From: Myxococcales bacterium
GTDB lineage: Bacteria > Myxococcota_A > Polyangia > Polyangiales > DASUME01
NCBI GenBank assembly: GCA_047601445.1
Contig: JASGJH010000001.1
Span: forward strand, 1,472,001 to 1,536,000
DNA length: 64,000 nucleotides
Direction: 5' to 3'
The notes under the pieces were generated by a model. The model did not search any database. It was not told the origin of the DNA and worked only from the letters and a program-made list of their open reading frames with translations. Position 1 is the first letter of the stretch; each line of letters starts with the position of its first letter. The position numbers and the translations under genes are program-made. Positions 61,032-64,000 of the stretch are shown piece by piece.

Positions 61032-62669
61032 ATGCAGTTTCGCTTCTTCGCTTTCGCACGCATAGGGCTCTCCATCGGCTCCGCAAGGCGTGCCCGGCTC
61101 GAGCTCCTGGCACTCGTGTTGGCCTCGGCGCAGAGCGCGCACTGTGCACCCGCGACGGCCCTCGAACCGCCCCAAGGGATGCTGCACGACGCCAGCGCCA
61201 CCCCCGATCTCGACGCTTCGGAGCCCGCGTTCGACGCGCAGCAGGAGCCTGCCCCCGACGCCTCCGTCGACGAGCCCGAGGCCGGCCGCATGCCAGACCT
61301 TCCGGGCAGCTCCGACCCGCCCCCCAACCCCTATGCTGCAGAGCGCGGGTTCGCCACGCAGCACGGCGACACCTGCGCCTCCGACACGAGCCCGCTGCCG
61401 GGCCCTGGGGCGCAGCAGGTCGACGCCAAGATGCTCGGGCTCCTCGCGGTGTGTCCCTCCGTGCTGGTGGCCTCCGACGACATGCCCATCGCGGTGTGCA
61501 CCCAGCTCGCCAATCAAACGCCGGCCATCTATCTGCTCGATCCCGCGTCGGGCAGCAGCCTGGCCTCGCGCGAGCTCACCAAGGGCATGCTCTTCGGCGG
61601 TGTGTACCCTTACCTCGATCGCCAGGATTTCCTGCTGGTAGTGGACGGTGCGCAGCAGCTCTTGCGCGTGGGCCATCGCAAGGCCTCCAACGCGAGCTGG
61701 GAGCTCTTCGTCGAGCGCAGCTTCTCGCTCGCACCGAGCGTGGAGGCGCACTGCGGGTCGAGCAGCTGCGACGGCATCGTGGGACTCGCGCCGGACTACG
61801 ACGGCCGCATCTGGTTCGCCACTGATCACGGCCTAGTGGGTGTGGTGAGCTCGTTCGCAGACCAGCCCTCGGTGAAGACCGTGAGCCTCGAGCCTGGCGA
61901 GCGCGTACTGAACAGCATTTCCACCGCCCCGGCCGGCACCGCCGTGCTCAGCGACCACGCGCTCTACCTGTTCACCGCCGACGCGAGCGGGGCGCCCACC
62001 GCGGCGTTTCGTGCCCCCTACGACCGCGGCAGCGCACGCAAGCCCGGTCAGCTGAGCCAGGGCAGCGGATCGTCCCCTACGTTCTTCGGCCCGCGCACGG
62101 GCGCCGAGTACCTCACCATCACGGACAACGCTCAACCGCTGATGAACCTGCTCGTGTACCGCAGCGACGGCGCCGGCGAGCCCATCTGCACCACGAGCGT
62201 GCCCGCGCCGGCCGGCATGGGCAGCGAGAACTCACCCATCGGCAGCGGCCGTTCCGTGATCATCGCAGGCACCTACGGCTACCCCTACCCTGCGGTCCCG
62301 GATGGCCAGGCCGAAAGCGTCCCCACCTCCGCTCCCCTCAGCGGAGGCATGGTGCGCATCGACGTGCGCGAGGACGAGTCGGGTTGTGACGTGGTGTGGA
62401 CCAACGAAATGCGCTCGAGCGCCGTGCCCAAGCTCTCGCGTGCCGACGACCTTATCTACACCATCGAGCGTCAGACGGTGGCCAAGGATGGCAGCAGCGG
62501 GCTCTTCGACGCCTACGTGTACAGCGTGATCGCGGCGGACACTGGCGACCCGGTGTACCAACAAACGCTGTCGGGGGTCACGGACACCATGCAGCTCGCG
62601 GGCACGCTGGGACCGGATCGGACCCTTTACCAGGGGACCGCCACGGGGATCGTGAGGATCACGCCCTAG
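61032..62669 (+). CDS. Secreted hypothetical protein, probable beta-propeller
   Basis: Hydrophobic leader, acidic Pro-rich linker, repeated beta blades (PDYDGRIWF, GSGSSPTFFG, SENSP). Confidence 0.7.
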   Translation: MQFRFFAFARIGLSIGSARRARLELLALVLASAQSAHCAPATALEPPQGMLHDASATPDLDASEPAFDAQQEPAPDASVDEPEAGRMPDLPGSSDPPPNPYAAERGFATQHGDTCASDTSPLPGPGAQQVDAKMLGLLAVCPSVLVASDDMPIAVCTQLANQTPAIYLLDPASGSSLASRELTKGMLFGGVYPYLDRQDFLLVVDGAQQLLRVGHRKASNASWELFVERSFSLAPSVEAHCGSSSCDGIVGLAPDYDGRIWFATDHGLVGVVSSFADQPSVKTVSLEPGERVLNSISTAPAGTAVLSDHALYLFTADASGAPTAAFRAPYDRGSARKPGQLSQGSGSSPTFFGPRTGAEYLTITDNAQPLMNLLVYRSDGAGEPICTTSVPAPAGMGSENSPIGSGRSVIIAGTYGYPYPAVPDGQAESVPTSAPLSGGMVRIDVREDESGCDVVWTNEMRSSAVPKLSRADDLIYTIERQTVAKDGSSGLFDAYVYSVIAADTGDPVYQQTLSGVTDTMQLAGTLGPDRTLYQGTATGIVRITP

Positions 62670-62694
62670 CCGAGGCTGACTTCGTCCGCGCCTG

Positions 62695-63312
62695 CTAGCG
62701 CATGCTGAGTGCGCGGCTCAGCTCCACGCGATTGCTCACGCTCAGCAACTCGTACACGCGCTTGAGGTGGAACTTGACGGTGTTGCTCGAGACGCCGAGC
62801 TGGGACCCGATCTGCTGCGAGGTATTGCCTTGCGCCGCCAGCCTCGCCACGCGTTCCTGCATCTCCGAGAGCTTCACGCCCTTGGGCGCGTGCTCGATGC
62901 GTTTGAGCACCGCCAGGTAGTAGCTCCCGCTGCGGTGGACCATGCGGACCAGCTGCACGTCCAAGTCTTCGATGCGCGCCTGGGCGCGCTGGGCGCCGTT
63001 GGCCATGCGCACGACGCCGGCCAGGGCCACCGTGATGCGCTGCCCCTCGGCCTGGAGCGGAAAACCCTCCGAGGCGCACAGCGCTTGGCCATCCATGGCC
63101 AGCTGTACGTAACGTGGCTCACACCAGGGGTCTTCGGCCGGGCTCTCCGTTTGGGGCGCAACCGGGCTCGACGCGGGCTCGGCGGGCGGCTCCTCGGCCA
63201 GCACGCTGTGCCGAACTCCCGAGGGCTGCTCTTCGCCAAATGCTTGAGATCGCACGGCTGTCGCCTCTTGCGGGATCAGCCGCGGCTCGAATTTCCCCCC
63301 ACGCACAGCCAT
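62695..63312 (-). CDS. LuxR-type C-terminal HTH regulator without REC
   Basis: LSEMQERVARLAAQGNTSQQIGSQLGVSSNTVKFHLKRVYELL. Confidence 0.85.
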   Translation of the reverse strand: MAVRGGKFEPRLIPQEATAVRSQAFGEEQPSGVRHSVLAEEPPAEPASSPVAPQTESPAEDPWCEPRYVQLAMDGQALCASEGFPLQAEGQRITVALAGVVRMANGAQRAQARIEDLDVQLVRMVHRSGSYYLAVLKRIEHAPKGVKLSEMQERVARLAAQGNTSQQIGSQLGVSSNTVKFHLKRVYELLSVSNRVELSRALSMR

Positions 63313-63453
63313 TTCGTAGCCCTAACGTTACCACCGACCCAAGCGGACAAATCAAGTCATGAAGTGTTTGAAATTGGGGGCGGCGTCAACGCGACGCGGA
63401 TTGACCCCATCGGCGCGAGGGCTGCGCGCCGGGCGGGGCCTCACGACGCGCGA

Positions 63454-64000
63454 CTAAACCTTCACGGTGAGCTCCACGTCCTCACCGAAGGGCAACGACA
63501 GGAAGCCCGACCCGGCCGCCCGTACCCGCGCGAGATAGGCGGGGCAAGCGTCGGCGTTGTCGGCCACCAAGAACGAGCCCGGACGCAACCGCGCCGAGAC
63601 CAGGTCCAGGATCTGCCCGTAGAGCGCCTTGTGCCCGTCGAGCAGCACTCCGTCGATGCGGTCCGGGAGATCCCGGGCCAGCGTCTCGAGCGCGTCGCCC
63701 TCGCGGATATCCACCAAGTCCGCAAGGCCCGCCGCTTCCAGGTTGCGCCGTGCGTGGGCAAGCTTCGAGGGCTCGAACTCACTGCCGACCAGCAGGCCCC
63801 CACCGTTGTCGCGCAGCGCGGCGACCAGGTGCAGCGTCGAGATACCGAACGAGGTGCCGTACTCGACCAACGCGCGCGCTCCGTTGCTGCGCGCGAGCAT
63901 GTACAGGAGCTGCCCGGTCTCCGGCGAGATGGGCATGTGGATGTCCTTGGCCTGCGCGTAGAAGCCCCGGTAGTCGGCGTTCGGGTCGCTCATGCGCGCG
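63454..64000 (-). CDS. Class I SAM-dependent O-methyltransferase, 5'-partial
   Basis: TGQLLYMLAR, VEYGTSFGIST, EGDALETL, LLDGHK, VADN. The frame is open to the window edge. Confidence 0.9.
   Translation of the reverse strand, partial: ARMSDPNADYRGFYAQAKDIHMPISPETGQLLYMLARSNGARALVEYGTSFGISTLHLVAALRDNGGGLLVGSEFEPSKLAHARRNLEAAGLADLVDIREGDALETLARDLPDRIDGVLLDGHKALYGQILDLVSARLRPGSFLVADNADACPAYLARVRAAGSGFLSLPFGEDVELTVKV

Overview
A high-GC bacterial chromosomal window. A myxobacterium (Myxococcota, Polyangia-like) is inferred from the Cys-rich lipoproteins with acidic DGG/GDGD linkers, a Hanks Ser/Thr kinase, many hybrid histidine kinases and sigma54-type promoters. It holds about 48 genes, mostly accessory. 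Metabolism and transport: pfkB-pckA, a ClpP paralogue, a macrodomain protein, an MpaB/Lcp-fold oxygenase with a divergent TetR, MdtABC plus a convergent TolC, AKR, LOG, two serine hydrolases, LLM/FMO/FAD oxidoreductases and a BMP-type ABC importer. Signalling: one hybrid kinase near 1.2 kb and a dense block from 42.5 kb (four hybrid kinases, an OmpR-type pair, GGDEF, MEDS, LuxR-HTH). No rRNA, tRNA, CRISPR array or transposase was seen. Best leads: (1) a stand-alone DACNV-type diadenylate-cyclase-fold protein with intact DGA/RHR motifs; (2) two lipoproteins whose ZU5-like domains end in HFS/HLS autoproteolysis-type motifs and carry unrelated C-terminal cargo; (3) two long intergenic rod-like hairpins, one MITE-like with CTAG ends; (4) a ClpP with Asn at the catalytic Asp position; (5) several gene fragments. 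All calls come from reading motifs by eye. No searches or folding programs were run.
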